This document shows, in pieces, positions 10,545-19,239 of a stretch of DNA of 64,000 nt. The position numbers and the translations under genes were made by a program. Origin of the DNA: an uncultured bacterium (GTDB lineage: Bacteria > Chloroflexota > UBA5177 > JANWHV01); NCBI GenBank assembly GCA_963827235.1, contig CAWHAE010000010.1, positions 320,001 to 384,000 on the forward strand, in the 5' to 3' direction. Numbering within the stretch: the first letter of the stretch is position 1; every line of letters begins with the position of its first letter. Under the pieces are notes generated by a model. That model saw nothing but the letters and a program-made list of their open reading frames with translations. It was not told the origin of the DNA and ran no database searches.

Positions 10545-10548
10545 CTGC

Positions 10549-10848
10549 TAGCACAGCGGCGCTCGGCCTGGCGGTCAGTCCCGACGGCACGCTGCTGGCC
10601 ACCGGGGACGGGTACGGGATGGTCCAGGTGTGGGACCTGGACCCCACGACGCTGGCGCAGCGCGCCTGCCGCGTTGCCAGTCGCAACCTGACGCGCGCGG
10701 AGTGGCGGGCCTATCTGGGCGACCTCCCCTATCAGAGGACCTGCCCCGGCTTGCCCGCGGGGACATGAGCGGCCGACCATCACGATTGGTCTGCTGGATC
10801 TCCTGCCGATCGCCGCCGCGCGCACTGCCCGCGGTCGCGATCATGAAA
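10549..10848 (+). repeat. 300-bp direct repeat, copy 1 (orphan copy of the last WD40 blade, C-terminus and 3' flank of the STAND gene)
   Basis: Aligns ungapped with 16478-16777; 8 mismatches by manual count. Confidence 0.95.
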
Positions 10849-10849
10849 C

Positions 10850-10930
10850 CCGAGGAGGCCCTGAAACGCCGTCTGTCGCGCCAGCATGTGGTACATGGTG
10901 ACCAGTATGGTCTGCGCCACGGCCAGCGAA
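10850..10930 (-). pseudogene. Probable IS110-family transposase C-terminal remnant
   Basis: 'LAVAQTILVTMYHMLARQTAFQ' resembles the IS110 C-terminal 'AVAHSILVIAYHML' motif; no DEDD N-terminal domain present. Confidence 0.45.
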
Positions 10931-11181
10931 GGAGTGCCTATCCGCGTCAGGACGTCGGCCTCTGTAGACACCTATGCCTGAAGCGGACTCATCAAAGACA
11001 ACGGCCCCGGTCTCGCGCCAAGCATGTGGTTGCACCACGTTGCGCTTCCATAGTGAGCAAGCGCGGCATCGTATTTGCATGCAAGCGTCCGGCTGAACCG
11101 CGAGAGGTCTGGACACCCCCGCAGTGGGTGCGGAAGTGACAGATGAAGAGCACGCGATGGGCGCAAGTGTGCCGTCGGCGC

Positions 11182-11207
11182 GCGCAAGGACTTCGAAGTC
11201 CTTGCGC
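11182..11207. repeat. Perfect 26-bp palindrome
   Basis: GCGCAAGGACTTC|GAAGTCCTTGCGC. Confidence 0.9.
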
Positions 11208-11436
11208 AGGGCGCGGCGGCCTGGGAGCGAGCTCCTACTGTCACTGGTGAACGTGTGAGCGGTTGGCGTTGGCGGGCGGCACGGGCTTCGGCAGCATGAG
11301 CTTGTGTGGGTCGGCGCGCTCTGTTTGCCACGGGGCCGTAGCCGGTAGAGCGGATAGCCGGTGCTACCCCTGACCCTGAACGCGCTGCTGGTCAGCGCGG
11401 CCCCGGCTGTCATCGCCCCGCGGGCGGCTACTCGCC

Positions 11437-11757
11437 TCAGTGCCAAAGGGGACAGAGCAGCATGGTGCCGTACCCTGGCCGCGTGCAGGCCGCGAGCGCG
11501 CTCAGGTGGCCCGCCGGCAACTGCACCGAGATCTGCCCGCTTGCGGCCGGGAGCAGAACCCGGTTGCCGAGCGGGTTGAAGCTGCAGGCGACCGGCTGCC
11601 CGCCGGAGAACGTCAAGGGCTCGGGAAAGACGCTGCAGTAAGAGGTGGCGGCGCGTATGGGAGCCGGGTCATGCGCTGCGAGGGCGGGGCTGGCCAGTAG
11701 CCCGGCAGCGAGCAAAGTGGCCAGCGCACGTCGGCTGGGGCGAAGCGTCAAGTTCAT
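11437..11757 (-). CDS. Small secreted protein with 4 Cys, function unknown
   Basis: RBS GAAAGGA; signal peptide 'SRRALATLLAAGLLASPALA'; 106 aa. Confidence 0.7.
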   Translation of the reverse strand: MNLTLRPSRRALATLLAAGLLASPALAAHDPAPIRAATSYCSVFPEPLTFSGGQPVACSFNPLGNRVLLPAASGQISVQLPAGHLSALAACTRPGYGTMLLCPLWH

Positions 11758-12000
11758 GGTCGGATCCTTTCGTTCTTGTCCTTACGGGTGCCGCATGGTG
11801 GTGATCCACCGGGCATCCGTCGTCGCCGTGGGTCATGCGGTGCAGCTGCTGCCTCCCGCTCCCAACGCGGTCTGGCCTCCTTCGACTGATCCTCCTTTCC
11901 CTCGTCTTGCTGGTCGGCTTGGCACGCCCGGCTTGGCAGGAGTACTGCCCGGGACCCTGCGACCAGTCTGCGCTCACCGGCCGGCCCCAACCACGCAAAA

Positions 12001-12032
12001 CCGGCAACGCGACCGGCAAGAGCATCGGCAAG
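12001..12032. promoter_or_regulatory. Three CGGCAA direct repeats at 12-bp period in the divergent promoter
   Basis: CGGCAA at 12002, 12014 and 12026, followed by a TG-C-TATGCT extended -10-like element. Confidence 0.45.
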
Positions 12033-12122
12033 TCTTCCACGGTGTGCTATGCTCGTGCCTGTAGGGCGGAAACGGCCGGTGCACCGCTGCCCCGCTGGGC
12101 GGCAGAGGGACGGGCAGGCGCC

Positions 12123-15100
12123 GTGACCACGCTGTCGGGACCCTCCGAGGACGGGCGCCCGTCTGAGCAGGCGTTCGGCACGCTGTTGCGCGGCTACCGG
12201 CATGCCGCGGGGCTGACTCAGGAAGAGCTGGCCGAGCGGGCCGGTCTCGGAGTGCGCAGCATCAGCGACCTGGAGCGAGGTGCGCCGCACGCGCCGCGCA
12301 AGGACACCGTGGCCCTGCTGGCGGAGGCTTTGGCCCTTGGATTTGCTGAGCGCCGAGCCTTCGAGGCGGCAGCGCGCCGCCTCAGTCGCCCCCCCGTACC
12401 CGACGGAGCAGCTGCCGTAGAGCGGCCCGCGATCTTCGTGTGCTACGCAGGCGAAGATCGCGCCTTCGTGGAACGCCTGCGTGCCGACCTCACCAAGCGC
12501 GGCCTCGCCGACTGGGAGGGACCCCACGGTGCGCCTCCGGGCACCGCCGACTGGGAAGAGGCTGTCCGGGAGGGCATCCGCGCCTGCCAGGCCGTGGTGC
12601 TGGTCGCCTCGCCGGCGGCGCGCCTCTCACGCTTCGTTAAGGGCGAGCTGGCCGTGGCCGAGATGTATCGCCGCCCGATTGTGCCGATCTGGGCCGCCGG
12701 GGAGCAGTGGCTGGACTGCGTGCCGCTCGTCCTGAGCACCGCCCAGTACGTCGATGCCCGCGATCCGCGCTACTCCCAGGCGGTTGAGGAAGCTGCCGCA
12801 GTGCTGAGCGCGCTGGTCGCCGCCATCCCCACCACTGCGCTGAGCAGGCCGGCCGCCGACCGCTCAGGCACTCCGGCGGCCGCGGTGCGCCCGGTTTCCC
12901 CACGCAACCCGTACAAGGGGCTGCGCGCGTTCACCGAGGCGGACGCGGACGACTTCTTCGGGCGTTCCGGCCTGGTCGGCGAGCTGCTCGCGGCGGTCGG
13001 CGATGCCGGCGCGGGGCCGCGCTTCTTGGCCGTGGTCGGCCCCAGCGGCTCGGGCAAGTCCAGTGTCGTGCTGGCCGGCCTCCTGCCTCGCCTGCGGGCC
13101 GGCGCCCTCCCAGGCAGCGCGGGTTGGACCTACCTGCCGCCGCTGCTGCCGGGCGCCCACCCGCTGGAGGCGCTCACTGTTGCCCTGGGCGCCGCCCTGC
13201 CCCTGAGCCTCGCCACGCTGCGCGCCGACCTGGATGCCTCGGAGCGTGGCCTGCACCTGCTGGCGGCCCGCCTCGTGCCCCAGGCAGGCGGCCTCGTGGT
13301 GCTCGTGGTCGACCAGGCCGAGGAGCTGTTCACCCTGACGGCAGAGGAGGAGGAGCGGGAGCAGTTCTTCGCCCTGCTGACGACGGCCGCCGGCGAGCCG
13401 CAGGGCCGCACGCTGGTCGTGCTGACCCTGCGCGCCGACTTCTACGACCGCCCCCTGGCCTACCCGGCGCTCGGCCGGCTGCTGGAGGGGCACAGCAAGG
13501 CGGTGCTGCCCATGGGGCTTGCCGACCTGCGCGCGGCCATCGAGGGACCCGCCGGCCTGGCCGATGTGGGACTGCACTTTGAGGAGCGCCTGGTGGGGGA
13601 CCTGCTCTACGAGGTAGGTGGCCAGCCGGGGGCCCTGCCCCTCCTGCAGTTCACGCTCGATCAGCTCTTCGAGCGACGGCAGGACCACCTGCTGACCCAG
13701 GCGGTCTACGCGGAGCTGGGAGGGGTGCGCGGCGCGCTGGCCCGGCAGGCCGAGCGCACCTACACGCTGCTGCCGTCGGCTGAGCACGGCCGGATGGCCC
13801 GCGCGCTGTTCCTGCGGCTGATCGAGCCGGGGGCCACCGAGCAAGACACCGTCCGCCGCCGCGCCCTGCTGAGCGAGCTGGAGCTGGCCGACCGGCGGCA
13901 GACGGCACTGCTGCGCGCGGTGGTCGATGCCTTCGTGGGGGCCCGGCTGCTCACCACGGCGGAGCATGGGGGCACGACCACCGTGGAGGTGAGCCACGAG
14001 GCGCTGATCCGGGAATGGCAACGGCTGGCGGCCTGGCTGCACGAAGCACGCGAGGACATCCGGCTGCAAGAGGCGATCAGCGCGGATGCGGCGGCATGGG
14101 TCCGGCGGGGCCGTCCGCCCGACAGCCTGTATCGGGGCAGCGTGCTGCAGGAGGCACGGACCTGGGCGGCGCGGAACGTGGCGAGCGCGGAGGAGGTGGC
14201 CTTTCTGGAAGCGGGGGTGGCCGAGGCAGAGCGCCGGGAGGCGGCTGAGCGCGATTCACAGGCGCGCGAGCTGCACCTGGCCCAGGAAGCAGCTGCCGCG
14301 GCCCAGCAGACGGCAGCGGCCAATCGGCGCACCGCCGTACGGTCGCGCGCACTGGCAGGGATGCTGGCACTCTTCCTGCTGGTGTCTGCTGGCCTGAGTG
14401 TGTACGCCTTCAACAAGGCCTCGGATGCCAGCCAGGCCAGGACACGCGCGGCGGCCAGCGCCCGTGAAGCCCAGGCCAATGCACGCGCCGCGAGTCTGGC
14501 CCGTACCACGGCGCTCGGCGAGCGGACCACCGCCCTGGCCGCACTGTCCCGCGAATTGACGCTGCGCGCCGCTGAGTTGCTGGGGAGCCGGACAGGCAGT
14601 CAGACGCAGCTTGCCCTGTTGTTGAGCGCGGAAGCCCTGCACTTGAGCAGCTCAGCAGAGGCGCAGATCAACGTAGTCAGTTTCATCAACCACAACCCAC
14701 GGGTGCGGTCAGTTCTCGGCCCGCAGACCGGCGCCGTGGAGAGCGTGGCCTTCAGCCCCGACGGCACATGGCTGGTCTCACGCAGCAACGTGGGCACGGT
14801 CCAACTGTGGGACGTGGCCGGCGGCCAACCCCTGGCCGCACCCCTCAGCGTGTCCACAAGCACGGTCGAGAGCGTGACCGTCAGCCCCGACGGGAAGACC
14901 CTGGCCCTGAGCAGCGTCGACGGCACCCTGCGGTTCTGGGATGTGGCCCGCCGCCTGCCACACGGCCCGCCCCTCAGGGGGCACATCTTTGGGGATACCC
15001 TGGCCTTCAGCTCCGACGGCACGCTACTCGCCTGCGGCAATGCCGATGGCACGATTCAGGTGTGGGACGTGGTCCGCCTCCAACGCCTTGGCCCGCCCCT

Positions 15101-16697
15101 CGCCGGGCACACCGGCTCCGTGAACAGCATCGCCTTTAGCCCCGACGGCAAGACCCTGGCCTCCGGCGGTGCCGACAACACCATCCGGTTCTGGGACGTG
15201 GCCCGCCGTCAACCCTTGGGTCCGCCCCTCACCGGGCACGCCGGCTCCGTGAACAGCGTCGCCTTCAGCCCCGACGGCAAGACCCTGGCCTCAGGCAGCC
15301 ACGACGACACGATCCGGTTCTGGGACGTGGCCCGCCATCAACCCTTGGGCCAACCGCTGACAGGAGACACCGGCGCAGTGGAGAGCGTGGCCTTCAGCCC
15401 CGACGGCAAGACCATTGCCTCCGGCAGTGCCGACAACACTATCCGGCTGTGGGACGTTGCCCGCCGCCAACCCATGGGTCCGCCCCTCACCGGGCACACC
15501 GGCCCCGTGAACAGCATCGCCTTCAGCCCCGACGGCTCGGCCCTCGTCTCGGGCAGTGCCGACAACACCATCCGGCTCTGGGACGCGGCTGGTCCGCCGT
15601 CGCTTGGTGTGTCCCTGCCCCTCGCCGGGACCACACATGGTGTGAATTCCCTGGCCTTCAGCCCCGACGGCAGGCTGCTGGCCTCCGGCAACATGGACGC
15701 GACCGTCCGGCTGTGGGACATGGCCAGCCGGCACCAGCGGGGTGCCCCCCTCACCGGGCTGACGGGCTTTGTGAACGGCGTGGCCTTCAGCCCCGACGGC
15801 ACGCTGGTGGCCGCCGGCAGCAGGGACGATCACGTTCAGTTCTGGGACGTGGCCAGCGGGCGCCCGCTAGGCGTTCCACTCACCGCGAACACAAACAGCT
15901 TTGGGTATCTGACAGCCGTCAGATTAGGTGGTGTCGATGCCGTGGCCTTCAGCCCCGATGGCACGCTGCTGGCCACCTCCAGCGACGACGGCGAGATCCG
16001 GTTGTGGGACGTGGCCCGCCGCCGGCTTCGCGGGGCGCCCCTCGTCACCAATGGCCAGATTCCGGTGGAGAGTATCACCTTCAGCCCCGACGGGAAGACC
16101 CTCGCCTCCGGCAGCGAAGACGGCACCCTGCGCTTCTGGGACATAGCCCGCCGCCGGCAACTCGGCGCGACCCTGATTGCCAGGGTCGCGCAGGGGGTGG
16201 AAAGTGTCGCCTTCAGCTCCGACGGGAAGACCCTGGCCTCCGGCAGCGATGACGGCACCGTCCAGTTGTGGGACGTGGCCAGCGGGCAGCGGCTCGGCCT
16301 CTCGCTCACAGGGCCCACACAGGCAGTGGCGAACGTGGCCTTCAGCCACGATGGCACGTGGCTGGCCGCGGGCAGCAAGGATGGCACCATCTGGTGCTGG
16401 GACGTGGCCAGCGGCCAACCGTTGGGCGCTCCGCTCATCGCCATCGCCGTGACTCCCTCGAAGGTAGGCGTTTTCATTAGCACGGCGGCGCTCGGCCTGG
16501 CGGTCAGTCCCGACGGCACGCTGCTGGCCACGGGGGACGGGTACGGGATGGTCCAGTTGTGGGACCTGGACCCCACGACGCTGGCGCAGCGCGCCTGCCG
16601 CATTGCCAGTCGCAACCTGACGCGCGCGGAGTGGCGGGCCTATCTGGGCGACCTCCCCTATCAGAAGACCTGCCCCGGCTTGCCCGCGGGGACATGA
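12123..16697 (+). CDS. NLR-like protein: XRE HTH - TIR - nSTAND1-type NTPase - TM - 14 WD40 repeats
   Basis: HTH 'GLTQEELAERAGL..ISDLERG'; TIR 'IFVCYAGED..SRFVKGELAVA'; 'NPYKGLRAF'; Walker A 'GPSGSGKSS'; Walker B 'LVVDQAEE'; 'LRADF'; 'HEALIREW'; TM 'LAGMLALFLLVSAGLSVYAF'; 14 xSxDG..WD repeats. Likely start GTG 12123 (ORF open from 11835). Confidence 0.9.
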   Translation: MTTLSGPSEDGRPSEQAFGTLLRGYRHAAGLTQEELAERAGLGVRSISDLERGAPHAPRKDTVALLAEALALGFAERRAFEAAARRLSRPPVPDGAAAVERPAIFVCYAGEDRAFVERLRADLTKRGLADWEGPHGAPPGTADWEEAVREGIRACQAVVLVASPAARLSRFVKGELAVAEMYRRPIVPIWAAGEQWLDCVPLVLSTAQYVDARDPRYSQAVEEAAAVLSALVAAIPTTALSRPAADRSGTPAAAVRPVSPRNPYKGLRAFTEADADDFFGRSGLVGELLAAVGDAGAGPRFLAVVGPSGSGKSSVVLAGLLPRLRAGALPGSAGWTYLPPLLPGAHPLEALTVALGAALPLSLATLRADLDASERGLHLLAARLVPQAGGLVVLVVDQAEELFTLTAEEEEREQFFALLTTAAGEPQGRTLVVLTLRADFYDRPLAYPALGRLLEGHSKAVLPMGLADLRAAIEGPAGLADVGLHFEERLVGDLLYEVGGQPGALPLLQFTLDQLFERRQDHLLTQAVYAELGGVRGALARQAERTYTLLPSAEHGRMARALFLRLIEPGATEQDTVRRRALLSELELADRRQTALLRAVVDAFVGARLLTTAEHGGTTTVEVSHEALIREWQRLAAWLHEAREDIRLQEAISADAAAWVRRGRPPDSLYRGSVLQEARTWAARNVASAEEVAFLEAGVAEAERREAAERDSQARELHLAQEAAAAAQQTAAANRRTAVRSRALAGMLALFLLVSAGLSVYAFNKASDASQARTRAAASAREAQANARAASLARTTALGERTTALAALSRELTLRAAELLGSRTGSQTQLALLLSAEALHLSSSAEAQINVVSFINHNPRVRSVLGPQTGAVESVAFSPDGTWLVSRSNVGTVQLWDVAGGQPLAAPLSVSTSTVESVTVSPDGKTLALSSVDGTLRFWDVARRLPHGPPLRGHIFGDTLAFSSDGTLLACGNADGTIQVWDVVRLQRLGPPLAGHTGSVNSIAFSPDGKTLASGGADNTIRFWDVARRQPLGPPLTGHAGSVNSVAFSPDGKTLASGSHDDTIRFWDVARHQPLGQPLTGDTGAVESVAFSPDGKTIASGSADNTIRLWDVARRQPMGPPLTGHTGPVNSIAFSPDGSALVSGSADNTIRLWDAAGPPSLGVSLPLAGTTHGVNSLAFSPDGRLLASGNMDATVRLWDMASRHQRGAPLTGLTGFVNGVAFSPDGTLVAAGSRDDHVQFWDVASGRPLGVPLTANTNSFGYLTAVRLGGVDAVAFSPDGTLLATSSDDGEIRLWDVARRRLRGAPLVTNGQIPVESITFSPDGKTLASGSEDGTLRFWDIARRRQLGATLIARVAQGVESVAFSSDGKTLASGSDDGTVQLWDVASGQRLGLSLTGPTQAVANVAFSHDGTWLAAGSKDGTIWCWDVASGQPLGAPLIAIAVTPSKVGVFISTAALGLAVSPDGTLLATGDGYGMVQLWDLDPTTLAQRACRIASRNLTRAEWRAYLGDLPYQKTCPGLPAGT
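14725..16570 (+). repeat. WD40 tandem array, 14 units of about 129 bp
   Basis: GTGAACAGC recurs at 15120 and 15249 (period 129); units 4-7 are highly similar at DNA level. Confidence 0.9.
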
Positions 16698-16777
16698 GCG
16701 GCCGACCATCACGATGGCTCTGCTGGATCTCCTGCCGATCGCCGCCGCGCGCACTGCCCGTGGTCGCGATCATGAAA
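16478..16777 (+). repeat. 300-bp direct repeat, copy 2
   Basis: Matches 10549-10848 at an offset of 5929 bp. Confidence 0.95.
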
Positions 16778-16859
16778 TGAGCGCGTGTCGTTGTGGATGA
16801 CGCGCGCACGAATACGTCGCGACCTGCACGCGATGCGCGAGACGCCGTTGGTGCACCGC

Positions 16860-16934
16860 ATTTCGCCGGCGCATCTGCCCCACATCCTCGAGCCGTTCTA
16901 CCGTGCGGATGCAGCGCGTGCTGGCAGTGGCAGC
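16860..16934 (+). pseudogene. Histidine kinase HATPase_c fragment
   Basis: 'ISPAHLPHILEPFYRADAARAGSGS' matches the F-box/G2 lid region; no other kinase parts nearby. Confidence 0.55.
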
Positions 16935-17014
16935 CACGTCGAGCCCGCACGACTGAGTCCTGACTTTCCAGCGGAAGCCACCTCGACCTGCCGGTCTACG
17001 CGTTTCCCGGCTCC

Positions 17015-17455
17015 TCAGCTGGCCTTCCCGAAGTCGGCGGAGAGCCAGGCTTGGGGCTGTAGGCGGATCAGGATGTCTCCTTGCCCCGCCGTGCTCCCCC
17101 CGTTCTGCTCCACCCACTGATCACCGCCCTCAACGCCCAGGTACCGCCGGGCCAGCGGCCGCAGATCGCGCTCCAGGTCGACTGCGTCAACGGCTACGAT
17201 AGGGCCGGAGACGGCGACGTACCGGTACGGTGGCGTCTCATCCTGCACACAAAGGCTGCACCGGCCCGCCTTGCGGAGCGCGTGCGCCTTGCGCGTGGCC
17301 GTGCCCGTGACGATGTGCACCTCGCCACCTGCGGCGTAGCTGTACCACACGGGAACGGCCAGCGGCGCACGGCCGTCTAGCTCGATACTGAGCACTCCGA
17401 CATGTAAATCCGCAAGGAAAGTCTCGCGCTCCTGCCTGGTCATCATCGTAGTCAC
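17015..17455 (-). CDS. Pyridoxamine 5'-phosphate oxidase-like (split-barrel flavin/F420-binding) protein
   Basis: 'ERETFLADLHVGVLSI..PLAVPVWYSY..SLCVQDETPPYRYV'. GTG 17455 follows GGAGGAG. Confidence 0.85.
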   Translation of the reverse strand: MTTMMTRQERETFLADLHVGVLSIELDGRAPLAVPVWYSYAAGGEVHIVTGTATRKAHALRKAGRCSLCVQDETPPYRYVAVSGPIVAVDAVDLERDLRPLARRYLGVEGGDQWVEQNGGSTAGQGDILIRLQPQAWLSADFGKAS

Positions 17456-17564
17456 TGCCCATCTCCTCCGCGTGCTGCTCCTGCCCCTGCGTGTCGTCAC
17501 CGCTCCCGCCACGGTAGCTACGACAGTGGCACCATCGCGAGCGCCTGCAGCGCTGCAGGCGGTC

Positions 17565-17969
17565 CTATGCTCCGTCCGGCAAGGTTGCCCGCAGCTCGTA
17601 GTAGTGCTCGCCATTGACGACGTCGATCGCCAACGAGCCTGCCAAACCTGCCAGCTGGCCCGTAGCAGAGTCCGGCACAATGGTCACGAGCAGCGTGGCC
17701 ATGCCGCGAGCCATCGTGCCGGTATGTTGCAGGGCGAACGTGCCGCTCCGCCCGAGCAGCGTGCCCGTCACCCGTTCCATCGCCACGTAGCCGGCTGAAC
17801 CCTCCACACTGGTCGTCATTGCCAGCATCTGCCCGTCACTCGTGCCTGCGAGGTCGCCGAAGAACTGCTTGACGAGCACCATCCGGGCCACAGTCGCCTC
17901 GCCAGCGCTCTTGTCAGCATCGGCAGGTGTGATCGTCACGCTGAACGCGCCTTTGCACGTGATCTCCAC
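17565..17969 (-). CDS. DUF3224 family protein
   Basis: 'KQFFGDLAGTS', 'GSAGYVAMERVTGTLLGRSGTFALQH', 'IVPDSATGQLAGL'. Confidence 0.85.
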   Translation of the reverse strand: MEITCKGAFSVTITPADADKSAGEATVARMVLVKQFFGDLAGTSDGQMLAMTTSVEGSAGYVAMERVTGTLLGRSGTFALQHTGTMARGMATLLVTIVPDSATGQLAGLAGSLAIDVVNGEHYYELRATLPDGA

Positions 17970-18224
17970 GTCAGTCTCCCTGTTTCGCCGGCATCAGGAT
18001 GGACTCATGCCTCGAGTATGCCAGGCGCTCAGTCCAATCCCAATGACGTTGACGACGAAGTCCTCTCCGATTCGAGCCCAGTAGAGGCGTGCGCTCTGCT
18101 GGGCGTGGACTTCTCCGTGCGCCAGTTGACATGCACGCCGGGCATGCCCCGGCGGCCCCGTCGATACCAGCTACAGCGCGCTCCGGGCCGGCAACAACGT
18201 GATGCCGAGGCGCGGAAGACTGGG

Positions 18225-18728
18225 CTAGGGCGCGCCAGCCGTGGTGGAGGCCATCGCCTCACCGTACGTCCAGCCATCGAGATCCGGCGGTTCGATGCCG
18301 AGCTGGCTCAGGATGGTCGCCACGTGGGCACGATGTTCGGTAGCGTGGTTGATCGCCTGGATCAGGATGGTGGCCGCCGGGAGAGCATAGGGCTCCCCAC
18401 GCCAGGTCCCGCGCAGGATGCGGCCGGCTGTCTCTTCCTGTGCCGCGACGCACAGCGCCTCCCCGCTGCTGCTGGCGCGCTCGCGGAGCGCGGCAACGCC
18501 CAGGAACGGCCCCTCCGCCCAGGCACGATCAGGCCGCTCGGCCTGGGCGAGCCTGGCCAGGTAGCTTTCCTCGGCCGCCACCAGGTGCACAAGGGTGGCA
18601 CCTAGCGGCCCGAAGGTGCCGGGGACTGCAGTGTCCAGCTGCACCGCGGTCAGGTCCGCGCAGGCGTCCAGCAGACGCAGGTTGGCCCACCGGTTGTGCT
18701 TGAAGAACTCGGCGAGAATCATCGGCAC
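18225..18728 (-). CDS. DinB/YfiT-like protein
   Basis: 'HNRWANLRLLDAC', 'HLVAAEESY', 'NHATEHRAH' His triad; GGAGG RBS. Confidence 0.87.
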   Translation of the reverse strand: MPMILAEFFKHNRWANLRLLDACADLTAVQLDTAVPGTFGPLGATLVHLVAAEESYLARLAQAERPDRAWAEGPFLGVAALRERASSSGEALCVAAQEETAGRILRGTWRGEPYALPAATILIQAINHATEHRAHVATILSQLGIEPPDLDGWTYGEAMASTTAGAP

Positions 18729-19239
18729 TCTACCTCCGTGGTGCGAACGGGCCACAGCCGGGCGCATGTACACGCGAGGGAGTATACCGCACCGGCGCGG
18801 AACGGAGCTCCGGGAGCCAGAGGTCGATGTCGGCGCCTGCTCTCGGGACGGCACCCCGGCGGTAGGCGCCGGAACAGAAGCCGTTGATCCTGCCTGCCCA
18901 CACAGCGCCTGTAGAGACGCCACGAGACGATGACGCCTCAGCTCGCCGCTGCGTCGACCGAACTGAGCCATGAGCACGTGGGGCATACATCACGCCGACC
19001 TTGTAACCGGTGCCCAGTCCACCCAGGATTCCGCGCGCCGAGTCGGTACGTACCTGTGCTGCCGGCGTTCGATCAGGCGAATGTTTCGGCCACCTCGGCT
19101 GCCACCTGCGCCCATTGCCAGAGACGCTGGGGCTCGTACCGCACGGTACTGACGTCTTTCATGATCACTGTCCTGGCGCACCACAGGGATCTGGATCGCG
19201 CTCCTGGCCTATATCGGTGTCGTCATCGGGCTGAGCCTG

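Noticed and set aside
11835-12122. Signal-peptide-like in-frame extension of the NLR ORF (MRCSCC...LILLSLVLLVGLA)
   Set aside because: It has no RBS, overlaps the divergent promoter and the purine-rich leader of the minus-strand gene, and a secreted XRE/TIR is implausible. GTG 12123 is preferred.
14725-16570. CRISPR-like periodic array
   Set aside because: These are in-frame coding WD40 repeats with no unique spacers and no cas genes.
10549-16777. Diversity-generating retroelement TR/VR pair
   Set aside because: The 8 mismatches are not adenine-specific in either copy (they include C/G, G/T and C/T changes) and there is no reverse transcriptase in the window.
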